From NCBI GenBank assembly GCA_024224665.1, contig JAAENG010000331.1, positions 1 to 58,753 on the forward strand: DNA of 58,753 nucleotides, read 5' to 3'. The stretch is from Chloroflexota bacterium. GTDB lineage: Bacteria; Chloroflexota; Anaerolineae; J102. The position numbers were made by a program, and so were the translations under genes. The notes beneath the pieces are model-generated. The model searched no databases, was not told where the DNA came from, and saw only the letters and a program-made list of their open reading frames with translations. The first letter of the stretch is position 1. Each line of letters opens with the position of its first letter. Below are positions 46,311 to 54,842 of this stretch, piece by piece.

Positions 46311-46392
46311 GTTGGCTAACATGCTCCAACACTACCAACGCATCGAATAATCCAAGTTCATGCAGAAGTGAAACTCTGCATGAGGGCGGAAG

Positions 46393-48134
46393 ATGAAACA
46401 CAGATCAGTTTTCACACTGATCTGTGTGACATTGGTCATCAGCGCCTGTGTTACGCAGTCTCTCCCCCTGACCACTCCTGAAGCGCCTATCGACATGCCC
46501 AACCCGGCCTCAGTACACTGCGCTGACCAGGGAGGCACATTGGAGATACGCGACGAGGCCGGGGGTCAGGTGGGCTATTGCATGTTCCCCGACGGCTCCG
46601 AGTGCGAGGAGTGGGCTTTCTTCCGCGGCGAATGCGCGCCTGGCGGTGCGGAGGAGGAGGCGAACATACCGAGTCCGACAGCCGAGGCCAGCGCTGAGGT
46701 CAGGCAATACGACAAGGGCTATCGCTTCGAGCAGAATGGCTGGATCTACCTGCACATCAAGGGCGAGCCCTACGAGCGAGGGTTCCAGCACGGCTACCTG
46801 CTGGCCCCCGAACTGGCGGAGATACTCGACAATTTCAAGGATCTCACTTACTGGGACGCCGGCAAGGAGTGGGAGTTCTTCGTCGCGCAAGCTGTGGAGC
46901 AGTTCGCGGAGCGGATAGACTCTGAATATCTGGACGAGATCAAAGGCATCGCCGCCGGGGCGCAAGCTGCTGGAACTGACATAAGCTGGCAGGATGTCCT
47001 GACCTGGAACAGCTACGAGGAGCTACTGGGCTACTGGTGGCCGAACGAATTAGCCGGCAAATACGCCCAACCGACGACGACCATTGCAGCGCCTTCATCG
47101 CCACAGGCTCAGCCACCAAGGACGGCAAGATCGTCATGGCCCACAACTCGTGGGATGCGTTCACCCACGGCCAGTTCCTCAACGTGATCCTGGATACCGA
47201 GCCAACCCAGGGTCACCGCATGTTCATGCAGAGCGCGCCCGGCTTCATCGCCAGTTTCACCGACTTCTTTGTCACCGACGCCGGCATCATGGGCGCCGAG
47301 ACCACCATCGGCGGCTACAGCGAATACGATCCCGACGAGGACCCGGAGTTCTTCCGCATCCGCAAAGCCATGCAGTATGCTAACACCCTGGATGAGTTCG
47401 TGCAACTCATGGAGAAGAAGAACAATGGTGGCTACGCCAACAGTTGGCTGCTGGCGAACACCAACACCGGCGAGATCATGCGCTTCGAGTTGGGATTGCA
47501 GTACCAAAACGTGGAGCGGACGAAGGATGGCTACTTTGTCGGCTTCAACGCCCCGACGGATCCCCGCATCCGCAACCTGGAGACCTCTGGCAGCGGCTAC
47601 AACGACATTCGCACGCCCGCGGGGGCGCGGCGTGTGCGCTTGACGCAGCTCATGGAGGAGCACCACGGGCAGATCGACGTGCGGGTGGGGCAAGATATCC
47701 TGGCCGACCACTACGACGTTTATCTGCAGAAGGAGAATCCCGGCTCGCGCACGGTGGAGGGCCGTTACGATCTGGATGCCTTCGAGTATTGGCCCGCTCG
47801 TATCCCCTTCGCACCGCAGGGCGCGGTGGACGGCAAGGTGATGGACAGCGACATGGCTAAGGACCTCAGCTTCTGGGCGCGCTGGGGTAGTTCCAGCGGT
47901 ATGCCCTACGATGCCGAGGCACATCTCAACGAGCATCCGCAGTGGGGCCATCTGGAGGACTATCTGAATGATCGGCCCACCCAGCCCTGGACGCTGTTCA
48001 GCGCGGGAGAAGGCCAGCATCAGGCAAGCGCAGTAACACCGGCGCCGGGCCTCGCGCAGCCAGCAGAGCGCATCACGGCGAGAATGCTGGTGGAGCCCAA
48101 CGCCCTGATGGGCCCAGGACCAACGCACTTGTAG
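46393..48134 (+). pseudogene. Lipoprotein with an N-terminal DUF333 module fused to a phospholipase-B-like (PLBD/LAMA, Ntn-hydrolase) domain, interrupted by a frameshift near 47040-47090
   Basis: Lipobox VISAC. DUF333 part: MPNPASVHCADQGGTLEIRDEAGGQVGYCMFPDGSECEEWAFFRGEC. ORF 47037..48134 carries DDDHCSAFIATGSATKDGKIVMAHNSWD...SAPGFIASFTDFFVTDAGIMGAETTI, which resembles the PLBD autoprocessing site DHCSALIK...VAHNTW...ETT. The two ORFs overlap in different frames. Confidence 0.8.
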
Positions 48135-49495
48135 TGGAGTCCGGTCGGGGCCACACTGGCATACGTGGCGCCCGATGACGGGCAGGATATGCTGTGGTTC
48201 TATGAGGCAACGGCTGGTGTCAAGAGCGTCCTATTCGATCCCACAAGCATCGATGTAGATGTCGACGTCACCTCGGCGCTGTGGTCACCCGAGGGTGATG
48301 CTATGCTGCTAACCGGTGAAAAGGGTTTGTACTTGCTCGCTTTGCAATCGGGTAAGCTAACGATGGTTGCCGACGGTGGTGAAATAGGATCGGTGAGCTT
48401 CTTTCCTTCAGACATGGCGGCATCCTTCGTACAGAACAATGACCTCTACATAGTCTCGTTCGAGGATGGCCAGACTCAACGCCTCACCAACGACGGGAGT
48501 AAAACAGTGTACAACGACGCTTTGGACAGGGTGTACACCGAGGAAATGGCGACACGCGCGGCCCAGCCTGCCAGCGCCTGGTCCCCCGACGGCCGATGGC
48601 TGATCTCCCTGCACCTGGATGACGAGGAGGTCGGAAGTCATCCGATCATGGATTACAGGCCGATCCCATCCACGGTGAGCACCATCCGCTATCCCACGGC
48701 CGGCAGCGCCAATCCCAAGGCCTCGTTGCGGATGTTTGGCTTCGAGGATGGCAAATCTACGCAGTCAGTGCCGCTATCTGAAGACGCCGAGTACATCCTC
48801 CCCCTCTTCACCTGGAGCCCGGATTCCGCCGAGGCGCTCTACATGACTGTGAGCCGTGACCACAAGGTCCTGGATTTGAAGGCCTGGAACCCGGACACCG
48901 GTGAGGGGCGAACCATCATCAAGGAGACGGATCCGTACTGGGTCAACGAATTCCTTTATGCCCCACCCGTCTTCCTGGCCGACGGACAGCAATTCCTGCG
49001 GCTGTCGGAGCGGGACGGCTTCATGCACCTCTACCTCTACGACATCGATGGCGCCCTGATCCGGCAATTGACCCAGGGCGACTGGCTCATCGACTCCACG
49101 CCGTGGGATATTCTGACGCCAGGAAAGCCGGTGCAAGTGGATCCATCAGGCGCATGGGCCTATTTCTCCACCACCGAGAGCGGCCCACTCGAACGCCAGC
49201 TCCAGCGCCTGAACCTGGAAAGCGACCAGGTGGAACAGCTTTCGCCACCGAAAGGCTTCCATTTATCGAGCTTGTCGGGCGATGGCCAATTCTTGGTGGA
49301 GCAGTTCTCCGGCGCGGATACGACACCGGTTACGCCGATCCTGCTCACCGACGGCAGCCAGGTGGAGGTCCTCGATCGGCGCGGCGGGCCGCCATTGCCC
49401 TTGCCCCAACCCACGCGAGAGTTCCTGACCATCAAGGCTCATGATGGCGTTGACCTGTACGCGCAGATCGTCAAGCCGGAGGACTTTGACCCTGA
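48135..49495 (+). pseudogene. S9 (DPP-IV / prolyl oligopeptidase family) peptidase, N-terminal beta-propeller part, cut by the recombinase element
   Basis: WSPVGATLAYV, WSPDGRWLISLH, and the terminal ...IKAHDGVDLYAQIVKPEDFDP. There is no proper start, and the frame is open directly from the TAG of the upstream gene. Confidence 0.85.
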
Positions 49496-51399
49496 TGGGT
49501 CATAATACCAATCGACAAAAAGATAGCACTGCACTTTAAGAACCGAATAGAACTTCCAAAAGGAAGGCGGAAAGGGAGAAGGAAGCGAACTGGGAATAAA
49601 TGAGGAAGTAGTGGGATAAGATGCTGAGATTTCAGGTTACTTAGGAGGAAATCGATGTCTCATCCCAAGGATTACGTAGTTAGGTCAGAGCGTGTAGGTC
49701 ACCGAGCAGCGGTGGAATGCATGCGAGAAGTATACAGGAAACTCATTCAGTTTGAACAAACTCAGAGAAAGAATAGGAAGCAAGAAATCGTTCCCGTTTT
49801 CATCCGCCAGAGGAAAGAGAAGACATCATGAAAGAGGTAGCAGCGCTCTACGCACGAGTATCGACACGGAATCAAGAACAAGAAGCGACGATAGAGAGTC
49901 AGGTGGCCGAGATAGAAACATACGCAAGAAAGAATGAATATGAGTTGATGGCGGAAATATACTATTTGGATGAAGCAGTCAGCGGCTCCCGCTTAGAGCG
50001 TCCGGCATTGGATCGGTTGCGGGATAGGGCGACGGAAGGTATATTTACGAAGATATTGTGCCTGAGCCCAGACCGTTTGGCCCGGCAGTATGTACATCAA
50101 CAGGTGTTGTTGGATGAATTAAGTCGAATCGGCGTAGAAATGATATTTATCAATCAACCTGCCCAAGTAGAAGGTCCACAAGGAGAACTGTTATTGGGTA
50201 TTCAGGGATTGTTTGCTGAATATGAACGAGCGATGATTACGGAACGTTTGCGGAGAGGAAAGTTGTATCGTATTCGGCAAGGGCAATTGATGAGTCCCAG
50301 TCCGCCTTATGGCTACCGCTACATACCTGTCAGCGAAGCAGGAGGAGGAAGATGGCACATTGATGAAAGAAATGCTGAAATGGTAAGGCAAATTTACGAG
50401 TGGTACACTGTTGAGCAACTGACAATCAGTGCTATAGTCAATCAACTCAATGCCTCAGGCGTAGAAAGGCCGATGAGTGCGCCACTTTGGACATACAGCG
50501 GTGTCAGAAACATTCTCAGACAACAAGCGTACACAGGAAAAGGCTACTACAATCGCACTCGTAGCAACGCAAGTTCAGTAGGACGCCCTCGCAAATCGGG
50601 CCGTGGACATTTAAGTACACCCGAACATCAAGGGCGTCCCCAAGAGGAGTGGATCGAAGTTTCTACACCCGTGATTTTAGAAAAAGAAATTTGGCAACAA
50701 GCTCAAGAACAACTGCAAATGAATCAACGTTTTTCTGTACGGAACAATAAGCGCAACTTCTACCTGTTAAGGGGCTTACTGGTTTGTTCCACCTGTGGCC
50801 GCACGCTAATAGGACGAACCAATCACAAGGGCTCTTCCTACTACTGTGCAAATGGTGGCAAAAATCGTAGCCCTGATGTGCCGGTTCACAGATGTACGAT
50901 AGCAGGCCCCATTGTTGAACCATTGGTCTGGTCAGAAATCGTTCGCTTGTTGCGTAATCCTACGCTTGTGGCTGACGCCTGGCAAAATCAACATAATTCA
51001 GGCCAAATTCCACCGAATGAAATCGAACGCCTACAGAGTCGCCAGCGCAAATTGAAACGCCAATGGATACGAGTGCTTGATCTTTACCAAGAGGGACTTA
51101 TCGATAAACCTGAACTGGAAAATCGTAAATCTCGTCTGGATGACGAATTGAATTCTCTGGAAGTGCGTTTGAAGGAACTCTCCCTACAAAATCGTCAAAT
51201 ACAAACCCAAGAAAAGGTAGTTCAAAATTTCGCTTCCTTCGCCAAAAAAATCGACTCCTCCCTGGCATCACCTTCGCCTGAACTACAACAGGAAATTATT
51301 CGGTTGTTAATTGATCACGTCGTTGTCGAACAGGACGCTATTGTGATCAAGCATATCGTCCCTGCTGACGATGATCGTCGATTGACATTAGGACATAGA
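49496..51399 (+). mobile_element. 1.9-kb integrated element encoding only a large serine recombinase plus a 58-aa ORF, with proposed att core GA
   Basis: Lower GC than the flanks. Terminal imperfect inverted repeat gtcataataccaatcgac (49499-49516) / gtcgattgacattaggac (51377-51394). GA occurs at both junctions (49494-49495 and 51398-51399). The host S9 reading frame is colinear across the junction. Confidence 0.75.
49655..49831 (+). CDS. Small basic ORF (58 aa) translationally coupled to the recombinase, a candidate directionality or regulatory factor
   Basis: My own translation: MSHPKDYVVRSERVGHRAAVECMREVYRKLIQFEQTQRKNRKQEIVPVFIRQRKEKTS. TAGGAGG lies 6 nt upstream of the ATG. Its TGA overlaps the recombinase ATG (ATGA). 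It is below the ORF-track length cutoff. Confidence 0.45.
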   Translation: MSHPKDYVVRSERVGHRAAVECMREVYRKLIQFEQTQRKNRKQEIVPVFIRQRKEKTS

Positions 51400-51735
51400 G
51401 AAGCAATATGGCGTTGTCATCCACTGGTACGGCGGGCCCGTCTTGCAGTTGGTGTCGGATCGCTATGGCGCCACCAACATCTTCAACCACATCGAACGCG
51501 ACGTGCTGTACACGCAGGAGGATTTCATCGTCTGGCGGCTGGACAACCGGGGCAGTATTGGTTTCGGGCACGCCTTCGAAACACCCATCGCCGGGGAACT
51601 GGGGCCGGCAGCCCTGGACGACCAACTGGCGGGCGTCGAATACCTGAAGTCGTTGCCCTATGTGGATGCCGATCGCATCTGCACCGATGGCAAATCCTTC
51701 GGCGGTTTCCTCACCCTGTACGCCCTTACCCATAA
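49828..51735 (+). CDS. Large serine recombinase (resolvase catalytic domain + recombinase domain + Zn ribbon + coiled coil); the ORF runs ~111 codons past the element end
   Basis: AALYARVSTRNQ holds the catalytic Ser. Further support: LCLSPDRLARQ, RIRQGQLMSPSPPYGYRY, CSTCGRTL...YYCANG...HRC (Zn ribbon), and a coiled coil. The portion after ~51399 is an out-of-frame reading of the host peptidase gene. Confidence 0.9.
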   Translation: MKEVAALYARVSTRNQEQEATIESQVAEIETYARKNEYELMAEIYYLDEAVSGSRLERPALDRLRDRATEGIFTKILCLSPDRLARQYVHQQVLLDELSRIGVEMIFINQPAQVEGPQGELLLGIQGLFAEYERAMITERLRRGKLYRIRQGQLMSPSPPYGYRYIPVSEAGGGRWHIDERNAEMVRQIYEWYTVEQLTISAIVNQLNASGVERPMSAPLWTYSGVRNILRQQAYTGKGYYNRTRSNASSVGRPRKSGRGHLSTPEHQGRPQEEWIEVSTPVILEKEIWQQAQEQLQMNQRFSVRNNKRNFYLLRGLLVCSTCGRTLIGRTNHKGSSYYCANGGKNRSPDVPVHRCTIAGPIVEPLVWSEIVRLLRNPTLVADAWQNQHNSGQIPPNEIERLQSRQRKLKRQWIRVLDLYQEGLIDKPELENRKSRLDDELNSLEVRLKELSLQNRQIQTQEKVVQNFASFAKKIDSSLASPSPELQQEIIRLLIDHVVVEQDAIVIKHIVPADDDRRLTLGHREAIWRCHPLVRRARLAVGVGSLWRHQHLQPHRTRRAVHAGGFHRLAAGQPGQYWFRARLRNTHRRGTGAGSPGRPTGGRRIPEVVALCGCRSHLHRWQILRRFPHPVRPYP

Positions 51736-52108
51736 GCCGGATGTCTTCCGTTGCGGCGTGGATGGTTCTGGCCCGACCGACTGGCTGAGCTACGATACCA
51801 TCTACACCGAACGCTACATGGGAATCCCGAACGAGAACCAGGAAGGCTATGCCGCCACGAAGCTCGTCGACCAGGTCGACCAACTCCAGGTCAGGCCCTT
51901 GCTGATTCACGGCCTGGCCGATACCAATGTCCACTTGCAGAATACTGTGAATCTGATGGAAGCCATGATGGCTATCGACAAGCCCTTCGATTTCGTGCCC
52001 TTGCCCAACTCAGACCACCATTACGGGGGCGATGGTCTGGTCGCTGCTCTTTCGGAGAGCGTCGATTACTTCCTGCGGCATATTGGAAACCAGGAGGTGG
52101 AGCAATGA
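51400..52108 (+). pseudogene. S9 peptidase, C-terminal catalytic alpha/beta-hydrolase part
   Basis: (E)KQYGVVIHWYGGP...WRLDNRGSIGFG...DGKSFGGFL (GxSxGG nucleophile)...IHGLADTNV...NSDHHY gives the Ser-Asp-His triad region. Confidence 0.88.
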
Positions 52109-53497
52109 AACTATGGCTGCCTCGGTCTCGGCCTGTTTATCGGCGTGGTCGATTCCTCGGTGGTGAACGTGGCCACGCCTGCGATGCAGGAGGCGTTTTC
52201 CGCGACCGAATCCCAGATGTTGATGCTCATAACCGTCTACAGCCTGGTCTTCGCTTCCTTTCTGCTACTGTTTGGAAAGATCGGTGGTAAATTTGGCCTG
52301 CGCCGGTTGCAGGTTGTGGGCGCAGGACTGTTCGGGCTCTCCTCCATGCTGATCGGACTAGCGCCCTCTATTGGGTTTGTAAACGGTATGCGTGTTTTCG
52401 CAGGCTTGGCTGCGGCCATGGGAGGCGCTTCCGGCATGGCGCTGGTCCACAGCATCTTCAAGGGCAAGGACCGGGCGCTTGCGTTCGGCGTATGGGGAGC
52501 GACTGCCAGCTTGGGCGCTGCTGTCGGGCCTGTGCTCGGCGGTTTGGCGGTCACATATGTCTCCTGGCGGTTGGCTTTCTTCATCAATGTGCCAATCAGT
52601 CTGTTAATGGTTATCGGCTGCTACCTGTGGATATCCGAGGTGAAGCACGAGCATGACGGATCCATCGATTACGTTGGCGCTGCCATCATTGGCCTGGGGC
52701 TATTTACCGTAATCCTGGCCTTGATCTATGGACCCACCTGGGGGTGGTGGGCGGCCAAGACCAGCTTCAGCATTCTCGGCGTCTCTCCTGTCCCATGATT
52801 GCTATCACTCGGTTTCATTCTGGCCCTGATTCTCTTGCCGTACTGGTTGCGACATCGCGAAATGTTGGGCAAGGAGCCTATCTTTGACCTCGGGTTATTC
52901 GAATTTCGTAGCTTTCGAGGTGGGATGCTTGCCTCTCTGGCTCGCCAGATCGCTCAATTCGCCCCCATCTACGCCTTGGCCATCTTCCTGGAAGAGACAG
53001 CAGGCTGGCCCGCCTCGAAAACAGGTCTGGTATTTGTGAATTCAGCCATCGGAGCGATGATTGCCGGTCCCCTTAGCGGGTGGCGAGCCACCCGCTGGGG
53101 CGCAAAACCGGTAGTGATCGGAGGCAAGGTCGTGATGGCCATCTCGATTATTTGGCTCTTGGCCGTCATTGGCGTCAGCGTTGGCCCGGCGATGTTGCTC
53201 GGCCCCCTGTTCCTGTTCGGGCTCAGCATCGGCCTGGCGGCGGTTCAGCTCAACACAGTAGTCATGGCCGATGTGCCGTTGGTCAAGGCCGGTGATGCCT
53301 CGGCTGCCAAATCGGCGATTGGCCGCGTTGGAAATTCCTTTGGGGCCGCCTTCGTGGGTATCCTGCTGGTCATCAGCATCAACGATGTCTTGATCATGGC
53401 TTTTCTTTTTATTGTTGTCGCGCTAGCATTGGCCTACACATTACCTAACGTCAAAGGAGGCGGAGGTGAAAGGGCACACGGAATAAGGCAAGAGTAA
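52109..53497 (+). pseudogene. DHA2/EmrB-like MFS transporter, N-terminally truncated and carrying an in-frame TGA at 52796-52798
   Basis: The frame opens directly after the S9 stop with NYGCLGLGLFIGVVDSSVVNVATPAMQ. No start codon precedes TM1 apart from the GTG at 52145, which lies inside it. ORFs 52145..52798 and 52799..53497 share one frame and are separated only by TGA, inside a TM (GVSPVP*LLSLGFILALILL). Confidence 0.8.
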
Positions 53498-53746
53498 AGC
53501 CATATTCGAGAGAATCCAGCCTAACAGGCTTACTTTATTGGAGTACACATCAGCAAGGTCGAAGGAGCAACGGACACGGATATGGTAGTAAATCGCTACT
53601 CTTTGTGCTAGAATTGTGATAATTAACATACCCCATCACTGACGAAGCTGTCTCGTTGATTGGGAAAAATGAGAATCGCATTTTCGATGAGTCTGCTTGC
53701 ACCTTTTGAGTCTATACCGAATGAGCAAATGCAAGGAGAGTGAATC

Positions 53747-54283
53747 ATGAAATGGTTGCTTATTGTTGTGATGATACTAGCAGCGCTGGTTGCCGCTTCG
53801 CGCACCCCTGCATCCCCGCTGACCCCCAAACAACCAGACATGCCCAACCCGGCCTCTAAGCACTGTGCGGACGAGGGTGGCAAGCTGGAGATACGCGACG
53901 AGTCCAGGGGGCAGGTGGGCTACTGCACCTTCAGCGACGGTTCAAAAAGTGAAGAATGGGCTAACCTCGGCAGTGAGCGTGCCCAAACGGCGAGCAAACG
54001 CATTCGGTTCGAACCTGGCGCCACTTCGGCAATTGAACTGGGCAGTCTGGCGGCCGGGGGAATAGCTCACTACATGTTGGGCGCCATCGCCGAGCAGACT
54101 ATGTCGGTAGCCATCTCGTCGTCCCAGGGGAATGTGATCCTGACCATCTCGGGAACGAATGGGACAGTGCTGATCTCCGATCACGCTGGCACCACCCACT
54201 GGAGTGGCCAACTGCCCGTGACGCAAGACTACAAAATCGATGCCATCTCCGTGGGGGATACGGCGGCGAACTACACGCTTTAG
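53747..54283 (+). CDS. Secreted or lipoprotein-type protein with a degenerate DUF333 module and an unknown C-terminal beta-rich domain
   Basis: MKWLLIVVMILAALVAAS... then MPNPASKHCADEGGKLEIRDESRGQVGYCTFSDGSKSEEWANLGSERAQ. The two C-terminal Cys of the module seen in copies 1 and 3 are replaced. Confidence 0.7.
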   Translation: MKWLLIVVMILAALVAASRTPASPLTPKQPDMPNPASKHCADEGGKLEIRDESRGQVGYCTFSDGSKSEEWANLGSERAQTASKRIRFEPGATSAIELGSLAAGGIAHYMLGAIAEQTMSVAISSSQGNVILTISGTNGTVLISDHAGTTHWSGQLPVTQDYKIDAISVGDTAANYTL

Positions 54284-54336
54284 GTGACCATACCAGCGAA
54301 ATGATGATAACCTGTAACAGACTTGCTCCTCAACAA

Positions 54337-54365
54337 AATCCGTGTCATCCGCGTTAATCCGTGTC
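54337..54365. repeat. Short 9-10-bp tandem repeat AATCCGTGTC / ATCCGCGTT / AATCCGTGTC
   Basis: Read directly in the intergenic DNA between the DUF333 gene and the pepD remnant. Confidence 0.6.
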
Positions 54366-54434
54366 CTAAAATAGGATTCAGTCCTGGAACTGATGCAAGA
54401 TGTTTACAGAGATCTGTATAGCCAGGAAGGCTAG

Positions 54435-54620
54435 GTCGAAGCGATCCATGCCGGATTGGAATGTAACGTGACCGGCGCCAAATATCCCAACCTGGACATG
54501 ATCTCCATTGGACCAACCCTGCAAGAGGTGCACACGCTCGGCGAAAAGCTGCGGATTGCCAGTGTTCAGAAATTGACTGACCTACTTCAGGAGACGCCGA
54601 CCCGGATTCCAGAGAAGTAA
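54435..54620 (+). pseudogene. C-terminal remnant of an aminoacyl-histidine dipeptidase (PepD, M20C)
   Basis: VEAIHAGLECNVTGAKYPNLDMISIGPTLQEVHTLGEKLRIASVQKLTDLL matches the PepD C-terminus (IHAGLECG...SxGP...HSPDE), with the HSPDE motif degraded to HTLGE. There is no upstream coding continuation (TAG at 54432-54434). Confidence 0.65.
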
Positions 54621-54842
54621 CAGATGAAATGCCCAAAAATCACCATGGAGATAAAGTAGTGGATTCGACTGGATCACGTGTGGTTGACATTAGTTCAGAC
54701 CAATGCGTGAAACGTAAAACGCGAGAAATGACCTGGCAAGATGGCGGCACGCTTCATGTATTCACGTTTCACGACATGCAAGCACATGAAATCCCAAAGA
54801 GCTAAGTAGTCTAACCTTCGATAGATTTCAAAATGATGTCTC

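Noticed and set aside
47109-48128. 339-aa antisense ORF. Similar long antisense ORFs occur at 45747..46322, 51347..51934, 40432..40998, 24175..24720, 37274..37802 and 11295..11768
   Set aside because: Each lies entirely opposite a gene with clear family motifs. They are Arg/Gly/Ala-rich shadow ORFs, as expected in GC-rich DNA.
41300-52798. In-frame TAG (41300, 48132) and TGA (52796) as evidence for stop-codon reassignment or recoding
   Set aside because: TAG and TGA terminate well-conserved genes at the expected positions in the same window (mfd ends in TAG at 3588-3590, pth in TGA at 7319-7321). No SECIS- or PYLIS-like context is evident. Nonsense mutations are the simpler explanation.
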